Shown in pieces: positions 12,740-28,100 of a stretch of 64,000 bases of DNA. The stretch is from NCBI GenBank assembly GCA_965644295.1, contig CBFFRP010000413.1, positions 1-64,000 of the forward strand, written 5' to 3'. Position 1 is the first letter of the stretch; every line of letters starts with the position of its first letter. Origin of the DNA: Paraphysomonas bandaiensis (Eukaryota; Protista; Chrysophyceae). The notes under the pieces are model-generated. The model had not been told where the DNA came from and made no database searches. It saw only the letters and a program-made list of their open reading frames with translations. A program made the translations under genes and the position numbers.

Positions 12740-13640
12740 GGTTCGGGGTTACCCGGTTATCATCATAGCACAACTATTTCGCATACATACCCAGGCATAC
12801 TTACACACAACATCAAACAGCAAGCTGTCCTGATACTTCCTCCTTAACTCGGATAAAGCGGAACCTACATTGCACTTCCCACAGCAGTGCTTGAACTTAC
12901 GACGTTTGACGTGCTTGTACACATTTCGCCACAGCTCTAAAAAAGAGCGCTCAGAAAGCGAATCTCTGCTATTATCAAAAGCACTCATATCATTAACGTA
13001 TTCATCGTAGATGCTATGCTTTGTCGATTGGTCAAGGTGAACTTCCTCGGTACCACAAGGAGGGCAATCGCCAACCAAACTGAAAAAGTACTGCATCCAT
13101 GCTACAGCAATAAGAGAAGACACACTATTAGGCATATTTACGTTTCCCAGCATCTCCACGGAAAGCTTGATGTCATTATACGAATCAGCAAACTTCAACA
13201 AGTCTTTGCTCGAACGAAACTCCGCAGGTATCGCGGAACGATCGTTGAAGGAAGCAGTTACACAAGTATAACCCGCCTTCATCATTGACGCAATATTATC
13301 AACATATACCACTTCGAGATACAGTAGGCACTCAGAAAACCTTGCCGACAGACACGTGTGGCAAGTGCCCAAGTACCAGCAATAAAATTTAGCTCTTGTA
13401 CTTACCGCACACAGTTACGCGGCACTCAAATGATCGGCACTTATCAAGAAAATACTGCTTCCGCTGCTCTGCATTCTTCCTTCTTGCCACCTCTTTCATA
13501 CAATCATTCATAAGGTCCTGCGTTTCGTCCAGGTATGTATCGTTCAACGCACGGTAAATTGTACAACCCTCACAAGCGCAACATAGGACACATATGAGGT
13601 GACACAGCATGCCTGCTGGTGGGCTGTTTTCAAAAGACAT
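12740..13640 (-). pseudogene. Degenerate transposase-like ORF (Sola/DUF7869-like N-terminal region)
   Basis: Pattern IYDEY...SERSFLELWRNVYKHV...CCGKCNV; broken reading frames; a 28-bp piece is duplicated near 12542 and 12792. Family assigned from motif memory only. Confidence 0.45.
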
Positions 13641-13851
13641 TTCATCTACCGCAACAACAAAATGAAGATGTAATTATTGTGATTATATAATATTTTAATC
13701 AATATAATATATTATATAAAATACACAATACACGAATAATAATACACACTTCCGTCACACTAGTCCGCTGGTGCTGTAACCTGTTGACGCGGAGCAGCAT
13801 ACAACCGTCAAACTAGTCAGCTAATAATGCTGTAACCTGTTGACGCGGTGC

Positions 13852-13992
13852 ATGTGTGTATATACGAGTGGATTGGTGTTATATATATACATATCTGTGT
13901 ATATATGAGTGGATTGGTGTTATATATATACATATCTGTGTGTATATATGAGTGGAATGGTGTTATATATACATATCTGTGTGTATATATAG
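13852..13992. repeat. Minisatellite, unit of about 42 bp (GTGTATATATGAGTGGATTGGTGTTATATATATACATATCT), about 3.3 copies
   Basis: Tandem copies are directly visible. Confidence 0.9.
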
Positions 13993-14577
13993 TAGAGATA
14001 ATTATAAAGTAAAGATACAGTATTATTAACAATATGAAGAAAATTATTATTTATAATAGTTTAAACTACGTTTTTACATATTACTTCAGTGTTACAGCAA
14101 TAAGGTTACCGACTACCAACTACACATATTATACAGTATATATAATATTATACTGTTCAAGCTATTCATCAGTCATAAGCATAAAGCTACTCTTTGTACG
14201 ACACCCCGCTACTACGTCGACGGTTTCTAGTCAAAATTGGTATATAATGCAATAATCCCCATGCCACTACATCTGTCTCCGGTGTCTCCTATTCTGTTTC
14301 TGTGTATCTCCATCTCGAAGTCCCCTGAGACTTTTCTTTTCACCTCTCTTCAGCTAACTCTCCGTTGATCACTGTCCAGCCTTTTATCTTTACTACTGTA
14401 GTATTTGCATATAGAGGTCATATTTGCTGTCTGCGTCGCCGCATGTAGCCTATCAACTTATTAAATCAACGTTATCAAAACTTCACCAGAGGTTTCGACC
14501 ATTATTTCACCAGGGGTTGTTGATCACATCTGGAGTGGAAGTGGCCTTGAGGAGGTAAGGATGTTGGGAAGGTGCAG

Positions 14578-14790
14578 AACCCTCAACAAAGTTAGAACCT
14601 TCTGCCCATTCATATAGCCGAATGCTTGAATGTTGCAAGGGGCACTATATAATTAGAGTCACTTACGTAGAGGTTTGTTAGCCCTGAATAATAAACAGGC
14701 CTCCGCGAATGGGTTCACCTTAAGGGCATATACGGGGTATTGGACTGCCTGCTGCTTAAGTCAAGCATCCGGGCTGTTCACTTAAGGTGC
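14578..14790 (+). mobile_element. Degenerate 5' and middle part of the SINE-like family
   Basis: CCCTCAACAAAG...CTGCCCATTCAT..AGCCGAATGCTTG...GGGGTATTGGACTGCCTGCTG..AAGTCAAGCATCCGGG matches the reverse complement of 61140-61427. Confidence 0.75.
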
Positions 14791-15879
14791 AGAATGTGGG
14801 ATGCTCTGTCGACATAGGGAATGTACCTGTGAAGTTGGTTGCGTTGCCGGGGTGTGTCGGTTGGTGTCTCGACTTGTAAAATCATATGTGCGATGTATTC
14901 GCTAGGGGATTAACAACCCGAACATTGAATTTCCAAGATATGATAATAATATTGATTAGTAGAAGAGAAAATATAAATTTAGTGAATGATTTTGAATGAT
15001 AAGAGATGGTGATCATAACATTAATATATTTAGCAAGTTTATTGCATATGTTTAATCATTCTAATGTCAATTATGATTGATTTCAATTAAATGACAAATA
15101 ATCGATACGCAGCCCTGATGACTACCGGCATATTTTGCAATATCTTGACATTATTATGTCATTAATATCTACACCTTACGCACTGCTAAGATTCACCTGA
15201 CATAATTGTACTGCATAGACTGTAAAAGATATAAACAAAACTGATGCCTGCGCATTTGATGGATAACAGTGGTAGTGGCGTTGATTTGGCTACTCTGCAC
15301 CAGCGAATACCCTGTGGTCGTAAAGTATACAATGCATCCAGTATACTTCACTTGCTCATGAAGTACTCGAGTGCTGGTAGTGCAGATATACCGAAACGAG
15401 ATTACTTAGAAGTAGAAGATGGTGTTGAAATTAGTATAATTGGTTCGTGCCCTAATATAGCCAACAAATAGCATGTCTTTATATTGTTAATTTATGGTGG
15501 ACGTATATCACTAGGATATATATTTAGCATTGCCAAAATGGTTGAATTGGCTTGCCATTATACCTTATGAGATTGACTCGTCTGGTCAATCCGAACCATA
15601 TATTCTGCTCGCCAACAGCAATAGCAACGCGTCACGCATATAGTCAACCTTGTTATTTATAAATTCAAGTTCATTATCATTTTAACATGTAGTGCCACTA
15701 ATATTGGTGGAACTATTCACCCTAGCCATTCTGATGTGGTTGAATGATGAATGATACATCCTCCACGTCAGGTAGTATACTAATATAATACGTTACATAA
15801 TCCTATCATCATAATATATTCAAGAAATATTTCATCTGAATTAAACATTGCAACTATAGCACATAGCAGTTGTGAATGT

Positions 15880-16095
15880 CTGATTATTAGCAATAGGCGT
15901 GAAAGAGTCAGAACTAATGTAGCAAACAATTTAACTAACTATTGCTAAACTCTGATATCCAACTATTTAGCGCTATGAAAGCTACTTGTGAGTCACCGCA
16001 AGCACCGAGGTGCATCCACTTTCGCTTAATCACTCAAAGCAAACGCAGTGAGAAAGCAGAATGTTGACATACCTGACATCTGCTGACTTCAGGAT
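15880..16095 (-). mobile_element. SINE-like family, 3' portion
   Basis: ATTATTAGCAATAGGCG...GAAAGCTACTTGTG.GTCACCGCAAGCACC...CTGACTTCAGGAT; lies about 80 bp beyond the dynein stop. Confidence 0.8.
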
Positions 16096-16175
16096 GATGG
16101 ATAACAAAATTACAGCTTCAGCATGATTACATACCACCAACAGTTACTCGTTTAATTACTTGCTGTTTAATTAAC

Positions 16176-19100
16176 TCATGAGAAATACTGCATTATCAGT
16201 CCCACTCCACGTTGAGCCCAAACATAGCGCGGAATATTAGGGGGCTGTGGGACAAGCACCTCCACAACAAGGGACGATCTCATTTCATTCATATAAACTG
16301 GTAGAGTCATGTATTCTGTGTGCGGCCGGTCACATCTTCTTCGCCACCGTAGTCGCGATGCCGGCAAACGACACTGAATCTCAGATGATAACTGAAGGCC
16401 ATCCTGTGGTATCCACATTGCACTTTCAAGCAACAACTTGGAAATAACTGTGTCATGAACACCCTCCACCTCTTCCTCACCAATATCCAAATACAATTCT
16501 AATTCTTCCAAGCTCCACTTGTACTCCTGCATAGGTCACTTTAAATCCCAGTGTAAGGGTGTAGTACCTCGTTACCTGCGCTGTGTTTTGTCTAGTTGCA
16601 GTTATAAATGCTTCAGGAGAAAACATTCCTCCCAACCAAAAAGGAATTCTCACAGAGATGCGTGACTTTTGGTCAAAATACGCGGTGTAATCACGCAGCT
16701 GTTCACAACGATTCGCAAGATCAGTTATCCAAGCACCAACACTAATATTTTGAGCCGTTATATACTGCTGTTTCCATTGTATTGGAACCAATCCCTTAGA
16801 AAAGCTATGAAGCAGCGACCTACTATAATTCGTTGCTTTTACTCTTCCGTCACAGTACGACCTATGTTATGTTAACATGGAAAAACGAAATGTTGTACGA
16901 ATATTACCTTACAGCATGTATATCTTGCCGTACTTTCTGAAGTACGGACCGTCCCCTATGAACTTCTCTAGCTAGGTAACGTTCAAGTGGCGTGGAACAC
17001 ACGTCATATGACAACGCAACATCAAGGACAGGAATGAGATCTTCACCAGGAAGTGCATTCAGCCATATAGACAGCGTCTCGCACATTGACATCAACTGTG
17101 GCTTGACGTCACCTTCAGTAGTTGATACGTGCTCTGCATCATCGAGAACTCCCTGAACAACACTGATATGAGAAAGAATCCGTTGGCCCATCAAAGACTG
17201 CAGCTGATTTTCTGCAGTCACTGGTAATCCAAGCCATGAGGGAGAATTTTTGTCGGGAAGACAATCTACCCATTCATAAAAATACTGTGGCACAGACATT
17301 AAGTTTACCATGCTGTAAAAAAGAAACCTTACCTCACGTCCAATGCGATCTGGCAACGTTACGAGAGGGGAAGTATCACCAGATGCTACAACTTCCGAAG
17401 CAATTGCAGTATTCGCCCCATAATTTTCAGGGCAAAATACAGTGTTGATGAATGAGTCCAAGGCAGCCTATGAAAATGACATTTATCAAAACAACTACAT
17501 AAGAATATACAATGAACCTGGTCAAAAGGATTATCTATTCTCCCACCATACAACGATTGAGATAAAGTTACACGCAAGGCTTTCCAAGGAATATCAGTAG
17601 GAGAAATGTGCATTTTTTTCCCAGCAACAATATCGACCCACTCGTCAATACAATTCACAGCACACATAGTATCTGCCTCACTGAACTCGTAACGTTTTGT
17701 CCAACCCAGTGGTGAGTAACGCAATCGTTCTTGCACAACAGCGTTAAACCATGCCAAAAGCGCGTATAGTCTGCTACGTTCTGTAGGCGAGCGATCAACT
17801 CTCGAACCCTCAACAGATACCAAAAACTTTCGTATATTCGCTTTTATACCAGTCGACGCTTCTACAAATATTACATCAGATGCACGCAAAAGCGACGTCG
17901 GTAAACTGGAATTTGCTTCACAGGTCAAAAACAGTCTAAAATCTGTATGTACCGCTAGCCCGTGAAGTTTCTTTTCCAAGGCGTTCAGCCAGTCAGGACA
18001 CAAGTGAACATTACGCAAGAGAACCCATGATCCACTCTTCGAGGATTGTGATATAATCCGTTCAGCCTCTGAAAACCCTTCTGCAGAGCCCATTGCTACT
18101 TGTAAGAGCGACTTGTTAAGCTTACTCGCTAGTGAATCAACCTTTGCAGATGCATCCTGTCCAACATCAGAACACAACATCAGCGGAACAGAACTACTTG
18201 AATCCTGTTCAACTAGTTCACGTAAATTGAACTGAGAATACTCCCTCCACTTAAAATCTTCACCTAATGTAATGGCAACATAATTTTCAATAGTCGACAT
18301 AAGACGATCGGGTCGAAGAACTCTTATAAGCATAATTTTTAAAAGCGCCACTCTTTCAATTGAAGTACCGGAAGGTATCCAATCTACAGGGAAAATATTC
18401 TCAGGGCTCTCAGATGTGTATGCTTCTTTCCACTGCCGACGTGCTTCAAGCGTTCCACTATCCATACTATCTAATAGAGCAGTAAAAGATTCCAACTGAG
18501 ATAGCGACAACAACTGTTTGGCAGTTGATTCTGTCAATTGATGATCAAGAATACAGTGCTTACATCGCTCCAACAACGAGTTATTGTGAACAATAGGTGA
18601 AATACCACGGAAAAGTAAATCGGACTCACTGTCATTTAACACTTTTGAGTTATCAGATTGCGTACATATTTGAGCCAATCTAGTGACAAATAAAAGCTTA
18701 TCTTCAAATTTTAAACTCCTGAGAACACGCCGGGATATTTCTTCGAAAAAAAGACGCTGCAAACAACGTAGGCGTGACATTGGTTCCGACTGCGCTGAAT
18801 TATTCCTTCCAGCGCGACGTAGCATATCCTCAACAACTGTCAAAAAAAATTGAAGGCTGAATTGATACAAGAAGCTGACATCTGCAAGCCTCTCAAGAGT
18901 AAAAAACACAGATGACATTGATACAGCAAGTGGCTCGTACAAATTAGATATCGATTTCATTTCATCCATTATTTCGGCAGTCGAATGAACTTCTCTGCTG
19001 AGATCCGCTGCCTCAGCTTTAATATTCTCCAATGTGTTTACCAATGTATCATCATCCAATATAGCACCCTGTACTGCACTAATTTTATTCAAGAGTTCCT

Positions 19101-22100
19101 CCTCCAACTCGCGTAGTTTAACACTCTGTTCACTCTGCACGCGTTGCAACTCAGTTCGCCGGTTGTCAACATCTGGCCTTTCGGAATGCAGTATTTTCGA
19201 AAGTACCTGAGCTTCAAGTGATGCAGGTGTAACTGTGAAATTTACCATCGTTACTCGCGAACAGAGATCTGGGGCAAATCGAGCCTGTGGATTTCTTGAC
19301 GTTAATATAATCAAGAATTGAGGGGAGTAATCAATATCTTCCGATCCAATTCTGACAAGTGTCCTTCCACCAGTTTTCTGAAACTCCTTATTCAAAACTG
19401 GGTTCAATATTGGGTCCAGGTTTTCAACATCCTCCACAAGTAAAGGTGTTCCAAATCGCACAGCACTAGCGAGAGTCTTAAAAAAAGATGAATCTAAAAA
19501 CGACGTTTTCGTAATTCGCCTTTCAGAGTACTTTCGCATAAAGAAATCGACAGCTTGACCAGAAGGATCAACAACCATTGGAAACCTGTAAAACCTCTCC
19601 AATATAATGCAATTTTGGACCGCCAAATCATCTGTGGACAAGCCATAACTCTTCCACTGCAATATATCTGAAGGTGTGCTTAAGTAATCCGTAAAGTCAA
19701 TATCTGGTTGAAACGGAACACCGAACGATTCCAATTCATCACACCAGACATGAAATAAAGTTCGTCTGGTCTTATGGTCAAAAATTCCAGAGTAGGTGAG
19801 AAATGCTGATGCAAGAAGGCAGTCCCCTAATAAGGTCGACATTTGGACATCAAATGATGTGGAAACAGTTTGCCAACGTTCCTTTTCTTCATTAAGTGAA
19901 TTCAGAAGGGCTTCAGCTCGTGCAACTTTCTTAGACACGGTCATCATCTCACTACGAATAGTCTCCGTATCACGAATAGCTTTCGCATACTCAGCCTTAT
20001 ATTGTGTAATAGACTCTTCAAGGTCTGAAACTTGTGCAACTGCCTCGCTATGTTTGCAAAGAAGTTCTTTGGATTTTTCTTCCAGACTTTCAACTTCATC
20101 GCGAAGGGGTTTAATCTTACGAAGTATTGTAGAATAATTAATTTGGCTTTGAGCCCACATATACAGTGGTCCACATGCCTTCGACGCACGATCAACAGAA
20201 ACGTAGTCTAACTCAGGATTATTTAAGTGCTCCTGGACTTTTTTAACCTGTTTCGAATTCAGAGTCATTGGATTAAAATTGACCACAGTAGAAATGAAGT
20301 CATCTCGTCTGATAACCTTCCGAATCTCAGCCCATTCTGTAGATTTTTCACCGATCATGATGCTAACCATTTCCATCGTCAACTGAACTGCCAGGGGTGG
20401 TCGTGCCAGTGCTCTCACCTCATCCAGTTGTGCTTTGCGAATATTTTGAACACTTTGTTTAGCAGATTGCAATGCTGGCTCCGCCTCGGATAATTCACTC
20501 TCAACAGCCTCTTTGCGAACTCTAATTTCTTCATTTTGCTGAGTTAATTCCGCTGTCAACTTCTCAGCAATTGATTTCCTTTGTTCCGCTTCGTTCTGCT
20601 TCTCTACCATTTGTGATAACTTCAAATTAGCTTCTGAATCTTTCTCGCGCAAAACGTTCTCTTTCGCAACCATTTCTTGCCTATAAACATTTTACACAGC
20701 GAATTTTTGCGTATAAAAACTAAACAAATATTACCTTAGCGTTGTAACTTGAGTTTGCGTTTCCAAAAGCTTAGTCAAACCAGTTCTAATATGAGTTTGT
20801 TGATCTTCTAAGCACACCCGCTTCTCCTGCTCCACAGTGACAAATTTCCGAATTAAATCCAAGAAATCCCTTACAATAAATGTTATGATGATAAAACGAA
20901 ACCATAATAAGACCTTGGCGATAAATAATGTTGTCTTCCCGTAACCTTTCCAAGCTTCAGGGTTTGATTCTTAACACTGATGTGAATGCCAACAAGAGAC
21001 GCAGCAATTGCTTCATGCAAACCCAACTCAGTGGATAACGTACTTTCTTGAACTGACAACAAAAGTTCAGTAGGATTATCAGGGCATACGTAAGTCGTGT
21101 AGCCAGTGTCAACTTGATTGGTGAATTCGTATCCCACTTGAGCAAGAGCATTTCGACTCCATGTACCGCACCAGTTAACAACACACCTGTTAAACAATGC
21201 CGGTGACGTCGTGCATCTACTACTAAAATCGGTCGACGAAGGATTCATGGTAAAGACAACATGCAAATTTCGCTGCACTGATCTTGTGAACCTTCTCCAG
21301 AGTTCATCTTCAGTTTCTGACAGAGAACCCTCTCTCTGGATTATAGTATTTTGGCATGATGAGATCAAATGAGCTAAGTCGTCGCCTTCAAAAAGTCCAG
21401 GAACTTCCCCTGATGCTAAAAGAGCATTCATGCGCTCTAGAAATGCACTCGACAAAGCATTACTTTCATCAAAAATAAAGCAGACCTTCTCTCCGTCAAC
21501 ACCGACACGTTTCAAAAGCGACCTTAAATCTTCATCGAAATTCTCCAGGGTGTATTTATTATTCGCTTTAATTTGAAAAATGGAAAGGCCATTCATCCAT
21601 GATACAAACCTGCTAAGTACGGTCTTGCCAACCCCAGATTCACCTACCAATAACAAGTGCCCCATCGGGTGCCGTAAGACATTGTCGATTCGTAACACAT
21701 GCTCAAGAACATCATCGAATATCACCAGGGGAACATCTAACTCTTCCTCATAGAATACTTTCAATCTAGCAGCCACAAACTCATGTAATTCATCTCGTGA
21801 CACACTTTGATAACGTTTACTTAGCCAATTACTGTACAGCATAGGACGCTGCAGACAAACGGCCACATCTACAGCAGGAAAATACTCCGCAGCAACGCGA
21901 TCCAACTCAGTATTGCACCATGATTTTTCCTCCATAGAAATAAGTCTGTCGTGGAACAACCGCAGGGCTTCGTGTGCCCACAGACGAACTAACTCTTCTA
22001 ACGTCATTGCTTCCAGCGGCTCCATAGCCTCATACATAGCCCTTACCCATCGACTGAGTTCCCTTGGAGAATATATATACTGCGGAGCAGTGTCTGGTGT

Positions 22101-25100
22101 GAACCTTTCTTGATTTTTCATATAGAACGCCACCATTGCATCAGTCAAATTATCGACGGCTCCACGCAGATTAGGATGGAGTTTGAGCAAAGCATGATTG
22201 AAACAATGGTAAATCTGCGTAAGTGAATCTTTCGCAGGATAATCAACCAAAAGTAGTGGAGCATGTCGCATAAACCTCTCTGACAACGACACACGACCAG
22301 TATCAGTTGGTGGATTGCATGCACCAACGAACTGAATTCGCCGAAGAGAGACCCACTTGCAATCTTTGTTCCAAAACCCTCCTTGCTCAGTTAGCTGTCT
22401 CATGAACATAATGACACGCTGTGTTCCGTATTTATCTTGCTGTGGTAAGTTTATTTCATCGCAAAAGATAACAAGCCATTTGTCTTCACTGTACGACTGA
22501 CGATTCGGTTGCATGAGTAGACCATCTGGACTATCGGTAACCTCACAATACTGCTTAAAAACCTTCAATATTAAATCAGGAGTGGTGCCAGAAGAAAAGT
22601 TTAGGGAGGCTAATATAAACTCAGACATACTATCAATAACATTGGTCAGTGTCATAGTTTTTCCACTTCCAGGTGGGCCACACAATATAAGAGGTTTGTG
22701 GGAACTTAGCCACGCTTTCAAAACTTCAATATGGCGTACAGTGTCAGTGGTTGTAACAACAACGTCCGTAGACACAACTTTGTGCGATTCGATTTCCATA
22801 TGCGGCACCAGTTTAGACCATTCCACCCACTCGCCAGTTACTACATCCACAGTATAATCCAAAAGCGTTGCAGTTTGGGAAGGTATCGAAATGTTACAAC
22901 TATTGAGTAGCATACCTGCCAAATTACACCTCTTATCCCAGGAGAGAGACGCACCGAAACCCCACAACAAAGACAGCAGCAGGTGTTTGTTCGCAAAGAG
23001 TTCAATAAAAGCATCCGACAAGTGTGTGTCGGGATTCGATTCGCTGTACTCAAGTAATATCGCGACAGCTCTCTGCAACATGGAATGCATACTTGTCAGC
23101 AACCGCCCACTACTTGCTGACATGACGTGTTGCTGTGAAAGAGCGTACTTCAAGGCCAACTCAACGAGTCCACCTTCTGAAAAAAAAGGCGTCAATGCAT
23201 CAACGAATTTCGATTGAATCTCTTTGTGTGATACGAACGCATTTGCTTCACCAATGAATGAGGTCGCATCTGTTATATGAATACTATCATTCTTCAAAGA
23301 ATTCAACTGGTGCCGAAACATCATATCAAGAGAAATCGTATTTTCTGCAAACCATACCATTCCGCAACGAGAAACAGTCGCCAGTGTGGCATGCTTAAGA
23401 GTGTCGACTTCCATTAATATACGAATATTAGGGGGCAACTTGAGTCGATCACCAGACGGAAGTGTCAAAACTTTATTATCATCAAGTACAGAATTTAAAT
23501 TTTCAGCCCATTCAGGATCAACATCACCATCGAACACAATCCAGCTCCTACGAAATGTTTCTGCTCGTACCGAGTTTGAGTCCGCTACTTTCCGAAGAAT
23601 TTTAGTAAATATTCCGTCCGTCCATTCTAAGGTGTTTGCATCTAAACTTCCATACAGCTTATCTTTCTTAATGGACTTCGGATCAATAATATAAAAGTCA
23701 CCTTTGAACCCATCAACCTTCCCCAGTGCCTTCAACAATGTCCTCCACACAGATGTTTTACCAGAACATGAGGGACCTACCATCATAACACCGTGTCGAA
23801 GGTCAATAACATGCTTCAGCTGCAGTATCTTATTAATCCATTTATCATTGTATTCTATTCCATCTTCAACACATATCGAATGGACTGCCTCAACCAGCAC
23901 TTTATCTGACACACTTGGAACTTCTGTGTTGGGAAAGACAGCTTGCAGCAATGAAGTAAACAGTGGGATATCTTCCGCAACAAGTTTCGGCATGATACTA
24001 CTGCAGGTTGATTTTATAAGCACCACTTTCTCGACTTCATGCATGTCCAAAGATATGTCGGACGAGGAAGCCTCCTGTATGGCTGACCTTTTCAAGTCAC
24101 CGGCTCCAATCAATACGCTTTTCAGTGATCGAAGACCAAAATCATAATGACTTTGAGAACTTAATTGTTCTTCACAAAGAGTAAAGAGAAGGACAATTTT
24201 ACCGGCAAGCTCTTCAGCTGTTGTTAACCCTTGACTAAAAAGCATGACCTGAGCAATCATTTTTCTGTCAGGTACTGCCATCGCCACTGCCCTGAAAAGC
24301 TGCTTTAAGTTATCTGGTAGGTTACTTCTTCCGGCATAACCCGGATTCATTGTGACAAATATGCCAACGTCACTATGAAGCCTACAGGGTACCCCAAGAA
24401 GTTCAATCTTTTCTTGTCGAGTCATCAGTCCTCTTTGTATAGTTAATATTTGTTGAGAAACAGCCGAAAGAATTCGCTCTTCAAGTCTATTAAATTCATC
24501 AAAACAACCCCATGCGCCTACTTGGCACAACCCAGCAAATATTCGTCCCATTGCAGCATAATCAAAGTTTTCGTCGCAATTGAAAACCAATACAAATCTA
24601 CCCAGCTGAGAACCAAGCATTTTCACTGACTCAGTTTTACCCGTTCCTGCCGGACCAAATGGATTGCCACCCATTCTTAAATGTAAGGCCTGTGTTAAAG
24701 TGAGATAACACCTATCAGTCAGCTGTGTTTGCACTAATCTCTCAGATACGCCTAAATATTCGAAACCATAAAAGAAGTGGGCATTGGACATTCTTATACT
24801 GAGTTTACGTGTGTCACTGCTTGATTTATCATCCCAATAGAATCTTAAATGGTACAACCAACTAAAATCTGACTTTTCTGTAACATTTTCTTTGATTAAT
24901 TGCCTTGACACGTCTCGTTGATGAACAATCTCCGTGATTATCTGTTCGCATTTCTTGCGCACAGAGGGGTCCATATTTTGCAAAACACTTTCACTCAAAA
25001 TCTTTAGATTCCCTTCCAATCGCACAAGAACTGTCGTAAGCGGGGTTTTACTACTACCAGAAAGTAACTCATTTTCAATCTCATTGCACCATCTGACTTG

Positions 25101-28100
25101 GCAGGCTAATATAACCACTTGCGCAGGGTATTGTTCGATCCAAGGTAGTAATTCGACTCCATTAGATGGCATCACAGCAATAGCCTTACCAAGAACAGCA
25201 ACAATCGTTAACACCATCTCCGTTTCCAATTTGCTCAACCACTCTTTTACTCCCTGGGTAAGATCTAGTTGATTAACAAATGCAACACATTCCCCTTCTT
25301 TCGAACCCATCCCATTAGCTTTGGATAATTTCCCACCATTTGAATCTCCCGTTACAACCACAGTCAGAGCAGCAAACATTTTCGACAAGTGTGGGAAAAC
25401 TTTAAAAGGCTCGTTATTGTTACCGATAATCTCCACAAGATCATCATTGTTAACGAAATAAAAACGGGGGAATATTTGTCTCTGCTTTTCAAGATACTCA
25501 CCTAACGCTTTTTGAATTATGTACATTGTCGAATCTTGTCTCTCTAGTTGACTAAGAAGACCATCCACGCCAAGAATTTCTTGAATTTGAGGTTTCGCAT
25601 GAACTCGTTTCATAATTTTAGTAAACTCACTGTCAACACCTTTGAATTTAGTAAACTGAGATGGTAGTTGTGCTTTAATATCAGCATTGCTGAAAATGCC
25701 ATGTAGATACATCCACTTCCTCTGAACTTCAATCCAAATATCAAAAATACTCCTCAAAAGTGTTAACTTGTTTTCCCATGCAACAGCATCCACTTGAAAC
25801 TCTGGAACATTTCGAAAATATGGGCTCTGCTTCAACGAAGATAGGGCAGTAAGATGGTCTTCCAGCATTGTAAACACTTCTGTCCATTCAGTAATTAAAC
25901 GTATTCCATCTTCACGGAGAATGACGTTCAACCGAAGGGTAGACCAATACTCCCTGACGTCTTTTATATATTGTTCAAGTGCCATCTCGCCTTGGGCGAC
26001 CGATAAGACATCCGCAATGCTCTTCCGATTCGACATCAGATCAGAATCCCATACTTGTCCTAATTTTAACTCCGAAAAGCTAGTACTTTTGAGATTGAGT
26101 AAGTTTAACAATACTTTCCAATGCCTTTCTCTCAAAGCTTCGGATATAATATCTCGAAGTGCTGGTTGCAAAGACAAGTACTTTGATATTTTAAGCTGAA
26201 GATTTTCGAATGCAGGATAACTTCGAGCTTTCACCGGCAGCGCGTTCATGTTGTGTGTCAATTCATCTAACTGCTTACGAAGCTTCGGTAATACCACATT
26301 CTTCAAGTCAGATTCTCGAATCTCTTCAAGCTGCTCCCATATGGGCATTATGCACACCCATACCTCACGTAAATCCGATACTTCCTGAATAATGTCATCA
26401 AGGCGATCATCACGGGATATATCAAGTCCAAGTGCAGCTTTGGCACTAGTTGTCTTCAAATAATCTTCCTTCAGTTTCATTGTTCGAGAATTATACATCG
26501 ATAAGATCTGCAGAGCATCGTGCGGTTTAGTTTCTCCGCTATCAGGACGCTCGATTTCCCAATGCGAAATGAGGTCATCTAATCGTCCAGACAGAGTGCA
26601 GTCTTCTTCCAATATTTTTGCTTGCAGTGATGGCAACTGTGTATCCATAGCGGCAACTCTTCTGTCCAATATCTGGACAAGATCATTGAAAGCGCCACTT
26701 GTATTTGATGCAGGTAGCCAGTCTTTTGAAAACTGATGACGCTGTTTTATCAAAAGCCTTTCTGATTGCTCTAAGTTCAATAATGCATCTTTCTTGTCGT
26801 CGATAGAATTCTTTAATTTTAATATTAATTCAACACCAGCAATAATGTCTTTTGTTGGACCGTCCAATGTAATACCTTCTAACTCTCTTTTGTGGTGAAT
26901 AAATTCTGAGTGCAATTCTTTCAAACTATCCATCACAATACTCGCAAAATGTTGCTGAAGTTCTTTCTGCCAGGTATCATATTTGACATTCACCTTGTTT
27001 TGTACATGTCTGAAATTAATAACAATAGGACCGAATAGGATCTCATCAGAAGACGACTCAATTGTTGATCTAGCGGTTTTCACCCCCAACAGCAGCTTCT
27101 GCCATGTACTTATTTCATGACCAACGCGATCACAAATGCCATTAATGGGGACATCCCACAACACCTGATACTGCAGCCACTTCTGAACGTAAGTCTTAGC
27201 TGCACGAACTTTCTCATCAACAACAATGTACGGCAGCCTCAAAGTGTCTGTATCAATATCATCTAGTATATTTGAGTAATCTTCTACTTTTGTCGACGCT
27301 CCTGAAAAAACATTGAATCGTGACGATATAATACGTTGAAGGCTACAACAAACGCAAATATGTTGATGAAAACTAGCAATCCATTCTGCCCGTGCTTGCT
27401 CTAATGGTGGAGACACGTACAGTATTTGATTCGAAAGTAAAATTTCGTGAACTGTTTGATCAAGTTGTATCACTGGTTCAGACGCAGGTTCAGTGAAACG
27501 CCCTTCGATCTCGTGCGGGTGCCACACAGAAGTATCATTGGCAAACGCTTGTACCCAACCCTTGATGCCACCGTACAGACGACTGAGCAAAATCTTTTCA
27601 ATCGTTTTGTCTATACCCGCAACCCAAAAATCAATGTTGGAAAAGCCTCTCATATGCATAGCATCAACTATCTCTTGCACCGACTGTAGAATGGATGACA
27701 TGGCGGAATGATCATATGCGCAAACCCGTAGCTTATCTATGAGATCATTAACATTTCTTACTTTTGCACAAACATCTTCAACTTTCTCTTCAAAGCGGTT
27801 CACTTTTCTGGAGAACGCTTCAACCCACTCCACTAAACCAGCTCTATCCCAATTCATCCTCTTCTTATATTGTTTCGAGCCAATTATTTTCGAACCCATA
27901 ACAGCATCTTGAACTAAATCACGTACTGCTTGCTCATGGGTGACAACAAGCATATGCATATCAGCATCTAGAGCTTTCTTAGCCTGATAGTATGTGGATA
28001 AAGCTGCCTGGAGAGCGGAAGCGGAAGGATATCTATTGTAAGCCTCACTTGCGGGCATCTTGATAGAATAAGGAATCGAAGTAGATGGTAACAACCACTC

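Noticed and set aside
13852-13992. CRISPR-like array
   Set aside because: Tandem units without unique spacers, eukaryotic context and no cas genes; it is a minisatellite.
15244-15471. 75-aa ORF (also 41539-41742 and 42047-42256)
   Set aside because: No recognisable motifs or supportable exon chain.
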